NCBI RefSeq assembly: GCF_964204645.1
Contig: NC_134032.1
Location: 14,868,275-14,932,274 of the forward strand
Direction: 5' to 3'
Length of the DNA: 64,000 nucleotides
Source of the DNA: Tubulanus polymorphus
Lineage: Eukaryota > Animalia > Nemertea
Under the pieces are notes generated by a model that saw only the letters and a list, made by a program, of their open reading frames with translations, ran no database searches and was not told where the DNA came from. A program made the translations under genes and the position numbers. This document shows positions 53,661 through 64,000 of the stretch, in pieces; positions within the stretch are counted from its first letter, which is position 1, and each line of letters starts with the position of its first letter.

Positions 53661-56600
53661 ATGTCTTCTTCGGACGATTGTTGTAATCTGGTTTCCTCGA
53701 CGACGCAGCCGTCTCCCCCGGCGACGGTTATCGATACGGTGACGACGTCCGTAGCGACAATGGATATTGCGTGTCCGGGAATGAGTCTTACGCCGGAGAC
53801 CGGTGAATTAGGAATACCTCTCGCGACGGAAGATGCCGGTATTTTAGGAGTGGATTTAGAGAATAAATTATCGGGTGATTTATTCGGTGAAACAAGTCAG
53901 AGCGCTCCGTCTGCTTTGCCGGACTGGAATCTGGACAGTATCGACGTTGATGTAAGTTTGATGATTTACTTATTTTCTCCAGGGAGAGGGGGGGTTAGGG
54001 AACTCAGGGGTTGGAATGGTTCAAGTGATACCAGTCCACTGGTAATCTTACCCAGAAATTTAATCCATTTCACCAACTTCCTCAATTAAACGACTAGATG
54101 AATAGACAACAATTTTCAGTGATTATTTTTCGAATTAACACTCTAAATTTAGTGGCAGCTTAGGTAATTTAAATCTCTGCACAAAAGCCCTATCCTTACC
54201 CAAACCACTTGCCCCAGAAAAATCCAACCACTTGCCTCAGCCCACCTGTTCCAGAAAACTCAAAACACTTGGCTCCAAAAATCTCAAAACTCTGCTCCAG
54301 AAAACCCAAAACCACTCCAAAAACCTCGGACCACTTGCTCCAGAAAACTCCAACCACCTGTTTCACACAATTCAAAGCACTTGGCTCCAGAAAACTCAAA
54401 AATCTGCGCCAGAAAACTCAAAACCATAGCTCCAAAATACTCAAAAGAAATGGCTCCAGAAAACAACAACAACTTGGCTTTAGAAAATATAAAATCAAAA
54501 CACTTCAGAAAAGTCAAGCCACCTGTTCCAGAAAAACTCCACAAAAACTCCTCAAGACCACCCAGCTCCAGAAAACCAAATCCATTTGGTTGCAGTTAGT
54601 GTTCTAGAGAAGCGATATAGACGGAATACGTTTTCTTATATTTCAGATGAAGAATGCATTTGCAGGAATGAGTGAAGATGATTTAAAACATTTAGACACG
54701 TTTCTGTGTTCGGACGAAGCGCGTAAATTATTACAAATCCCGGAACCGGATACATTCGGCGGTAGCGCCGGAACAACGTATCCTCCTGCGGGCGGCCTCT
54801 CTGACGTGCATGAACCGTACCAGGCGGCCGTCGATAAGTCGATAGAATACAGTCTGAACGAACTGTTAGCCGAGCATTCCCTCGATAACGTACCGGAAAC
54901 CGTCGCCATCGGCAACAGCTCGTCGGACGTAAACAGTCTCGATAAGATTCTCGATTCGTCGACGATGCAAAACGCGAGTTTGATTTTAAACGTAAGTCGG
55001 CGATGAATTTCAGCGATTTCTGACGAATGTTGTGGTGTGAAAAATGTGCGAAATTTACGCCAAAAACATATGTGAAATTTTGCTAAGTTTTGTTTGCACA
55101 AGGTGGCGCCACTGACCTGGAATACTTGGGGCGAATCAGAAAATTTCATGGAAAATTATGGGCAATTCGACAAATTTTACTAAAAAAAAACAAAAATCTC
55201 GGGGAATTCAGATAATATGCTGTTGATCGTGTTTTTTTTTTTTTTAATTAGTGATTTGATGAAAAATGAACGACTTGTTAGATTTTAACCCTAGAAATTT
55301 CTCTTGATTCACTCGGGGAATTTAACATTTTATACCATGGGTAAATCAGGGAAAACTCAGGTGACTTGAAGACGGGTGGAAAGTGGCGCCTCTCTCTTTC
55401 GGTTTCAGAAAATTTTGATCTGCTTTTTGTAGAATATTCTTTCTGTTTGAAGCTCGAAAATTAAATTGAAATAATAATCGATTTTCGTTACTTCAGGATT
55501 CGATTCAGGATGAATTCAACGACTTGGCCTCATCGTTCGAGATGAAAGAGGAAGAAAACGAAGTCGAAAAGAAGAACGAGAATGAAAACGATGATGACGC
55601 GCCGAACGATCTCGAGAAGAAATTCAACATTTCGCCGCGAAGGTAAAGATAATTATGCGGCTTATCATCTCATCACTCGGTGTAGAACTGAGTCCCGAGT
55701 ATTCTTGGGGTAATTGTACAACTGAGTCCCGAGTATTCTTGGGGTAATTGTACAACTGAGTCCCGAGTATTCTTGGGGTAATTGTAGAACTGAGTCCTGC
55801 GTATTCTTGGGGTAATTGTAGAACTGAGTCGCGAGTATTCTTGGGTTAATTGTAGAACTGAGTCCCAAGTATTCTTGGGTTAATTGTAGAACTGAGTCGC
55901 GAGTATTCTTGGGTTAATTGTAGAACTGAGTCGCGAGTATTCTTGGGTTAATTGTAGAACTGTGTCCTGAGTATTCTTGGGGTAATTGTAGAACTGAGTC
56001 GCGAGTATTCTTGGGGTAATTGTAGAACTGAGTCGCGAGTATTCTTGGGGTAATTGTAGAACTGTGTCCCGAGTATTCTTGGGGTAATTGTAGAACTGAG
56101 TCCCGAGTGTTCTTGGGGTAATTGTAGAACTGAGTCCCGAGTATTCTTGGGGTAATTGTAGAACTGAGTCCCGAGTATTCTTGGGGTAATTGTAGAACTG
56201 AGTCCCGAGTATTCTTGGGGTAATTGTAGAACTGAGTCCCGAGTATTCTTGGGGTAATTGTAGAACTGAGTCGCGAGTATTCTTGGAGTAATTGTAGAAC
56301 TGAGTCGCGAGTATTCTTGGGGTAACTCTGGAGTTAAGATGATTTTTTTTAAAATAGAAGCAGACTTTAAAATAATTGTAAAATATTTTCTTGCTCAGGC
56401 GATCGACTCGTGTAATCGAGCAGCAACAACGCGACCTGGCGGAGAAAATCCGTCAGGAAAATCTTCGCGAAGAACGTGAGGCTTTGGAGGCGATGAGACA
56501 AAAAGAGGAGGAAGAAGTAGCGGGAGAAGGAGGAAATACAGAAGGAGAAGGAGGGGTGAAAATAGAAGCGAAATTATCTCCTCGTAAATTAACACCTTCG

Positions 56601-59600
56601 TCGTCGTCGCCGGTTAAAACGCTTCCGTCTGCCGTTAATCGACCGAGCGGAAAATCAGCCGCGAAAAAAGGAAAAGGTTCCGGGAAAAAGGTAATTATTT
56701 CGATCCACGATTTTTCTTGAATGGAAATTCCGGATATTCCAGATTCATTACCAACGCGCCGGGTATATATTACTCAGGACCCGGTTCCACAATTGTGAGT
56801 TAGAATTAACTCTGAGTTAAATTAGTTCATTTTCAATTAGTTAACTCCGAGTTAAATCTTAACTCAGAACTGTGGAACTGGGTCCTGGGCGCCTCGTGCA
56901 CTTTTTCCCTCACTTCAAATTACAAGCGATATTCTTCAAATTTGGTATTCGTTCTATAATGGGGTCGGTTCAATTAGGTTTATGGTTCTGAATCATGCGT
57001 TTCTTATCTGTTTCTAGGAAAAAGGCGACGAACCGCGAAAAGGACGAAAAATAATGCCGTCCAGTGGTAACCGCGACGACGTCGACCGCGACCAACAGAG
57101 ACGCCACCACAGCGGGCCGGGACACGGCAATAAAAAACTGCCGGAAAAAGGCGAGAAAAAACCGTTGCAGCCTCACGAGAAAAAACCGCAACACGCTCGC
57201 AAGAAAATAGCTGAATTCGAACAACGGAAAAAAGAGAAAAAACATCCGTCGCCGTCGGATACGAAAAATATATTCAACGAGTTACAACAATCGAAAACGG
57301 AAATTCCTCACGAGGACAAAAATTTGGATAACGCGATCGAAAGTTCGAAAAAAATAATTACGGATTCCTCCGTCAATAGTGATATTAAAAAAACTGCTGA
57401 CGTCGTCACGGCGACGAGCGGAGGACGCGATCACGTGTCGGAGATCATCGTCAAAAACGAATCGGGAAAACAGAACTTCGTCGTACGCGACATGACCGTC
57501 GCCGATAGTAACGGCGGCCCGCCGAAACTTGTTAAACTCATTCAGTTAAAACACGTTAAAGTCTGTTTGAAAAAACTGGACGAACAATCGACCCGGGGTC
57601 GCTACAAAATCACATCATCGGATTACGAGAAACCGTCCGACGGCGAGGGTCGCTGCAAAATCAGATCGTCGGATTATGAGAAACCGTCTGATAGTGAGGG
57701 TCGCTGCAAAATCAGACCGTCGGATTACGAGAAACCGTCTGTTGTCGAAGGCGGTAAAAAGGCGTCTGCTCCCGGTGACATTAGTCCGTCTGCTAGTGTC
57801 GTTCTCGCTTCAAAAGATTCCAAATCTTCGGATAGTTTAAAATGTACAATTAAATTGAACAATTCGACACCAGGGGGAGCTAGTCGTAGTAGCTATAAAA
57901 GTAGTTCGTCGTTGAGTAAACGCGATAAAGACAGAGGAAGTTCGTCGAGGTCGTCGTCGTCGACGACGAAATCGAAATCGGATAATTCGTCGCGTCGTAA
58001 AGACTCGTCGAGTCATAGTCGTCATGGCGATGAACGCGATAAAAAACATTCCTCGGCAACGACGAAAAATCGGAAATCGTCGAACGACACGTCATCGTCG
58101 TCGTCGTCGAAATCTCGAACAAATAAACATTCGAAAAATACGGATTTAAAAGAGAAAACCTCCTCGCTTCCCTCCTCGTCCTCCTCGTCGCAGACGCTAC
58201 AAAAACCCGACGTTAAACAAGAATCAAGCGAAATCAGTTCCACGTCCGTTCAACCGGTCATAACCGGGGGCAACCATTTCGTCGTTGCCGGCGAGAACAA
58301 TGGCGGCGGCGACGAGGATGAGGTATACGATGAGGCGGATGTAGATGAAACTGAAGATGACGATCCGACGAAATTATGGTGTATCTGTAACCAGCCTCAT
58401 AATAACAAGTACGTCGTACTATCTCAGATATATCTGATATTTTAAAATTGAAAATTATCAATATCGAATGCATAGATATCAGAGTTTAGCGTTCATCTTA
58501 CCTCATCAGGGACTCGAACACCTGATAGCATCATTACACAGCTGAGGTCGAGTCTCACGATGGCATCAAATTCAAATCTCTTCGGAGGGAGGATGTTTCA
58601 GGCTTTGAATATGAAAATATTGCCAAATACCTTTTAAAAGGGGGAATTTCAGTATATCCGATATATCTAGGGTAATTTTGATATATGGTATGTGTGATTT
58701 CGATATATCCGATATATTGGGGGGGGGTAAATTTTGATATATCTGATTCGTGTAAGTTCAATATATCTGATAGGTAATATTGATATATCAGATAGGTGTA
58801 TCTGCTATATTTAGGAGTAATTTTGATATATGACATGTGTAATTTCAATATATCTGATATATCGGGTAATTTTGATATATGACATGTGTAATTTCAATAT
58901 ATCTGATATATTGGCTAATTTTGATATATGACAGGTGTAATTTCAATATATCTGATATATCTGGTAATTTTGATATATGACATGTGTAATTTCAATATAT
59001 CTGATATATCGGGTAATTTTGATATATGACATGTGTAATTTCAATATATCTGATATATCGGGTAATTTTGATATATGACATGTGTAATTTCAATATATCT
59101 GATATATTGGCTAATTTTGATATATGACAGGTGTAATTTCAATATATCTGATATATCTGGTAATTTTGATATATGACATGTGTAATTTCGATATATCTAG
59201 GGTAATGTTGATATATGGTATGTGTAATTTCGATATATCCGATTCATTTAGGTTTATGATCTGTTGCGACCGGTGTGATTTTTGGTACCACGCGAAATGC
59301 GTGAACATCAGCAAAAAACGTGGACAGGCGATGGACGCCAACAACGAAGAGTGGATCTGTCCCGTCTGCGTCGGTGAGCGTAGCAACCATTCTAGGCATT
59401 GTTGTCGTTGTCGATCGGCAACCGGTTTTGATATCGATTTTCCTGTTTCAGACAAAGAACGTAAAAATAACGAAGAACAGAAGCAACGTAAAACGGAGCA
59501 GATGCAGAAATTCACGGAACGCGTAAGAGATTTAATTATCAAACGATTCAGTTCCGGCAGTAACGAAAATTCATCTAAATCCTGCAGATTTAGTCAGATA

Positions 59601-62600
59601 AATCGGGGAAAATTCAGGAGCCGGTTGCATAGTCATGACTTAGATTTAAGACCAGTCTAAGTTCATTTTGGTTCTATAACCAATCTAACAACTTAAGACC
59701 AGTCTAAGCTCATTTTAGTTCTATAACCGATCTAATAACTTAAGACCAGTCTAAACTCATTTTAGTTCTATAACCAATCTAACAACTTTGGACCAGTCTA
59801 AACTCATTTTGGTTCTATAACCAATCTAACAACTTAAGACCAGTCTAAACTCATTTTAGTTCTATAACCAATCTAACAACTTAAGACCAGTCTAAACTCA
59901 TTTTAGTTCTATAACCAATCTAACAACTTTGGACCAGTCTAAACTCATTTTGGTTCTATAACCAATCTAACAACTTAAGACCAGTCTAAGCTCATTTTGG
60001 TTCTATAGCCAATCTAACAACTTAAGACCAGTCTAAGCTCATTTTGGTTCTATAGCCAATCTAACAACTTAAGACCAGTCTAAGCTCATTTTAGTTCTAT
60101 AACCAATCTAACAACTTAAGACCAGTCTAAACTCATTTTAGTTCTATAACCAATCTAACAACTTTGGACCAGTCTAAACTCATTTTGGTTCTATAACCAA
60201 TCTAACAACTTAAGACCAGTCTAAGCTCATTTTGGTTCTATAGCCAATCTAACAACTTAAGACCAGTCTAAGCTCATTTTGGTTCTATAGCCGATCTAAC
60301 AACTTAAGACCAGTCTAAACTCATTCTAGTTCTATAACCAATCTAACAACTTAAGACCAGTCTAAGCTCATTTTAGTTCTATAACCAATCTAACAACTTA
60401 AGACCAGTCTTAAGATTTAAGACCACTTTTGGACTTAAGTCACGATTGTGCAACCAGCCCCAGAGATTAGTAAGGATTAGGATTAGGATTAGGATTTTAT
60501 TTACACTCCAACCATTTCTCTATGGAACATGGAGGGAGACTTATACAAAGTATACAATATTTACAATTAACAGAAAGTATAAACTTGTTTTGATAAAATA
60601 TAACAAAGTTATTAACAATATATACACCATTTACAACATACTAATTATTGGAGGGATCTATATACATCTAAGCCTTTTTTAATGAATTTTGCATATGGGA
60701 TGAAAGTGGCGCGCCCTGGTGGATGGAACTGCGTTCTAAATCGTTGTTGTCGTTGTATTTTCGTAGATAAAATCGTTGAAGTTTTTCAAGTCGGCGACGA
60801 ATCGACAGAATTCGGACAGCGGGGGCGCCGGCTCTCCGTCCGATGAGAGCACCGTCTACGGTGAAATACGAGTTAAAACGGCCGCGTCGAAACCTCGAAG
60901 AAATAAACGCAAACTTCAAGTTTTCAGGGTCAGTAAGAATCAAATACTCGAAACGATTTCGTTTGTTGCGTTTTCTTTAAATTCTAGACAATTTGAAGAA
61001 AGTCGCCAGTCTTCCAAAAACACGCAGGGTTTTTTACATGTCAGGAATATTTGGATTTTCTTGAAAATCAGGGAAAACTTTTGGAATTTGAATTTTTGGT
61101 GCCTAGTTGTTCTAATGAATGACACAAGGAACCTCTTGATAGGAAACAGTCCTCATTGAAGATATCTTATAATTTTTGGGAATTTGAATTTTTGGTGTCT
61201 AGTTGTTCTTGCTGGTGACGAGTGACACAAGGAACCTCTTGATAAGAAACAGTCCTCACTGAGGATATCTTATAATTTGATCAGGGAATTTGAATTTTTG
61301 GTGTCTAGTTGTTCTTGCTGGTGACAAGTGACACCAGGAACCTTTTGATAAGAAACAGTCCTCATTGAAGATATCTCATAATTCAATCAAGGAATTTGAA
61401 TTTTTGGTGTCTTCTTGTTTTTGCTGGTGACGAGTGACACAAGAAACCTCTTGATAAGAAACAGCCCTCACTGAGGATATCTTATAATTTAATCAGGGAA
61501 TTGAATTTTTGGTGTGTTGTTCTTGCTGATGAGATGACACAATGAACCTCTTGATAAGAAACAGCCCTCTCTGAGGATATCTTATAATTTAATCAGGGAA
61601 TCTTTGCTCAAGAGTACTGGGAAATATAAGGTAATTTAGGATTACCCTGATTTTGAGTTTTAACGTAATCGACATGTATTGATATTTCACAGAGTTCACA
61701 GAAAGTTTCCGTTCCTCTCGAGAATAAATGTATCGCGTCTAAATGTCAGAAACCGTTGGATCCTGGTTGTATTTACTGTAATGCTGAGTGTATTAATAAA
61801 CACGCTATTGAATCATTATCGATGCTCGCTAAAGAGAAAGCTAAAGTTACAGGGGTAAGTTTTAACCATCCTTTCTCTATCCCTTCCCTTTTGCTCCCTC
61901 TCCTCTCTTGTCTCTCATCTCTCTTGTTCCCTCTCTACCTAACTCCTTCTCCCTCCCCTCTCCCTAACTCTCTCATCTCTCCCTCTCTGCTTTCTCCCTC
62001 ACCCTCAGTAGTTTCCTCCCTCGCTCTGTCTCCTGCTCTTTCCCTCTCCTTTCCCTATTTCTCTCTCCCTCTCCTCTCCTTTCTCCCTCTCCTTTCTCTC
62101 TCTGTAGTTTCCTCTCTCTCTCTGTAGTTTCCTCCCTATCTCACCTCTCTCCTTGCCTATCTCTCCTCTCTCCTTGCCTCTCTCTCCTCTCTCCTTGCCT
62201 CTCTCTCCTCTCTCCTTTCCTCTCTCTCCTCTCTCCTTAACTCTCTCTCCTCTCTCCTTAACTCTCTCTCCTCTCTCCTTAACTCTCTCTCCTCTCCTCT
62301 CTCCTTTCCTCTCTCTCCTCTCTCCTTAACTCTCTCTCCACTCTTCTTAACTCTCTCCTACCTCTCCTCTCTCTCTGCTCCCTATCTCACCTCTCTCCTT
62401 ACCTCTGTCTCCTCTTTCCTAAACTCTCTCTCCACTCTCTTTACCTCTCTCTTCTCTTCAATAAACAAACTAACAGCTCTCTGATATATGTCTCTCTTAT
62501 ACGTGTAGGTGAAGAGTTTGCCTCATCATATGGAACGAGTTGTAGTAATGGAGCGTAGTACCGGTAAACTATTAACCGGACCGAACGCCCCGACCGTCGG

Positions 62601-62674
62601 AACGCTGAAAATATGGCTCGAAAAACACCCGACTTACGAAGTGTTACGCCCAAAAAAACAGTCCACATCATCCA
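53661..62674 (+). CDS. DIDO1: DIDO1/PHF3/PPS-family protein, 5' part (PHD finger, Cys-rich motif, BRK domain); continues beyond the window
   Basis: Exons 53661-53951, 54647-54991, 55497-55642, 56399-56690, 57018-58408, 59252-59373, 59452-59522, 60767-60928, 61693-61854, 62509-62674. DDPTKLWCICNQPHNNKFMICCDRCDFWYHAKCV..WICPVC; C-x4-C..IYCNAECINKHA; BRK-like ERVVVMERSTGKLLTGPNAPT..LKIWLEKHPTYEV. Confidence 0.88.
55681..56325. repeat. 34-bp minisatellite, about 19 units
   Basis: (TGTAGAACTGAGTCCCGAGTATTCTTGGGGTAAT)n. Confidence 0.95.
56777..56885. mobile_element. Harbinger-like MITE
   Basis: GGACCCGGTTCCACA ... TGTGGAACTGGGTCC. Confidence 0.75.
58650..59240. repeat. 49-bp AT-rich minisatellite
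   Basis: Direct inspection. Confidence 0.9.
59618..60460. mobile_element. Harbinger-like MITE with an internal 47-bp segment amplified about 16 times
   Basis: CAG duplication on both sides; termini GAGCCGGTTGCA / TGCAACCAGCCC; unit AAGACCAGTCTAAGCTCATTTTAGTTCTATAACCAATCTAACAACTT. Confidence 0.85.
61083..61600. repeat. About 106-bp tandem repeat, about 5 units
   Basis: Reverse complement of the 30660-31012 family. Confidence 0.85.
61868..62460. repeat. CT-rich intronic tract
   Basis: Direct inspection. Confidence 0.95.
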
Positions 62675-63446
62675 GTAAGTTACTGTGTATTTTAAAGTAC
62701 AGTTCGAGTCCGTTATAACGCCACGATTGAGACCAATAGAAAACCCGACTTTGAACTGGATGCTGGTTTTCAGATTGATTACAGTGGAAAAGTCCATTGT
62801 AACGCCAGAGTTGGGACGAATGAAAAAACACGGCTTCATGTTACGAATTTTCTGTCATAACGAGTTGAATTTGAATTATCTTGTTTAACAGATTTTCTGT
62901 TATAACGGTTGATATTTCCATTGAATTTGAATTGGATTGAGCATTGAGATTCGTTCTCTGAAAAATGTTGGCGTTTGAAAAGTGGCAGTGGAGGATGGCA
63001 GAGTTATAACGGACTTTGACTTCACTTTAGTTGACACGTATTCGTTAGTGTATATGTGTATTGTGCCGCCAATACTCTGTCTTTGTATTGTAGTGAAACA
63101 AGGTATAAATTTTTTAGCCTTAGTATCGGTCTACTGACTGCTACAATACATTCATAGCGATTGAATTCATCGTTTTGTCATGCTAGTTTAAACATTGTCG
63201 CGCCTTTGCCCAACACTTATGTGAACCTGTAATGGCTGTGTAAGGCCCTATATTAAGTGTTATCCCCTTCTATGACAGTACAGTTGAGTATTTCAATTTA
63301 GACGTGCTGAATTTAATGCTAAATCTCGGTCTTTGTCTTATAACAGTAATGTTATCGTTTTGATTGTATTTCGTAAAGTATTATTATTGGTAGTAGAAAA
63401 TAACCTGTACACTTAAACGTGGAAAACAGATATAAAGTGTCACCTG

Positions 63447-63951
63447 GGCCCAGTTTCACGAAAAAGTGTAAGCTTAAAACAGTTAAGTTTGAATTGTTGT
63501 CCTCATTGAAAACATGAAGTAACCAATGGCAATTAATCAAAAAATTTGAGTTAAACTTTTTCGTGAAACTGGCCCCTGGGGCCGGTTGCTGAAAAGTTGG
63601 TTAACCAGTGGATAGTTGATATGGTGACAATTGAAATTTCATTGTTACTATGGTATTTATCCACCGGTTATCTTTAACCAACTTTTGAGCAACTGACCCC
63701 TGATGATGATCTCTAGTGTGAGATCGAAACATTGTGTATGAACTTTCAACTGTCACTATGCCAACTATCCAACTGGTTAACTTAAACCAATCTTTGAGCA
63801 ACTGCAGCCCCTGGGGCCGGTTGCATAGTCATGGCTTAGACTTAGGACCAGTTTAAGACCAACTTAGTTCTATAGCCAATCTAACAACTTCAGACCGGTC
63901 TTAAGATTTAAGACCACTTTTGGACTTAAGTCTTGATTATGGAACTGGCCC
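63447..63951. mobile_element. Cluster of Harbinger-like MITEs (63447-63575, 63579-63699, 63814-63951) with CTG target duplications
   Basis: Each element has GGGCC(A/G)GTT-type TIRs and is bounded by CTG. Confidence 0.85.
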
Positions 63952-64000
63952 CTGAACACTATTGCGAAGATAACAATAAGGAAATATCTTTGAATATTCA

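Noticed and set aside
55681-56325. CRISPR-like periodicity (34-bp, 37-bp and 47-bp arrays)
   Set aside because: Head-to-tail repeats without unique spacers, eukaryotic context, no cas genes
58495-58570. tRNA or SINE suggested by a B-box (GTTCGAGTCC on the minus strand; similar at ~37735)
   Set aside because: No cloverleaf or convincing A-box
61083-61600. GAAACAGTC...CTGAGGA in the ~106-bp repeat as a permuted hammerhead
   Set aside because: Only 4 nt lie between the putative cleavage site and the core, so stem I cannot form and stem II is unconvincing

Overview
Eukaryotic (invertebrate animal, probably lophotrochozoan; species not determinable from sequence alone) genomic DNA with GT-AG introns. 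Eight protein genes were reconstructed by hand from splice signals and reading-frame phase. They are: an 11-finger C2H2 zinc-finger ORF (+); a 3xCUB single-pass receptor with a ~600-aa cytoplasmic tail of ~38 tandem acidic tyrosine motifs (-); CtIP/RBBP8 (+); WASHC2/FAM21 (-), head-to-head with CCDC127 (+); RPLP1 (+), hosting two SNORD2/snR39B-like box C/D snoRNAs and a candidate H/ACA RNA; and a gustatory-receptor-like 7TM protein (-), head-to-head with the 5' part of a DIDO1/PHF3/PPS-type PHD+BRK gene (+). Introns carry many minisatellites and MITEs. The most notable non-coding signals are (1) minimal type-I hammerhead ribozymes, including a tandem array with a 69-nt unit found at two loci, (2) dense CTCF-like motif clusters with a convergent orientation bias, and (3) a possibly conserved structured element in the RPLP1 5' UTR. 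Family assignments rest on recalled motifs, not on database searches.
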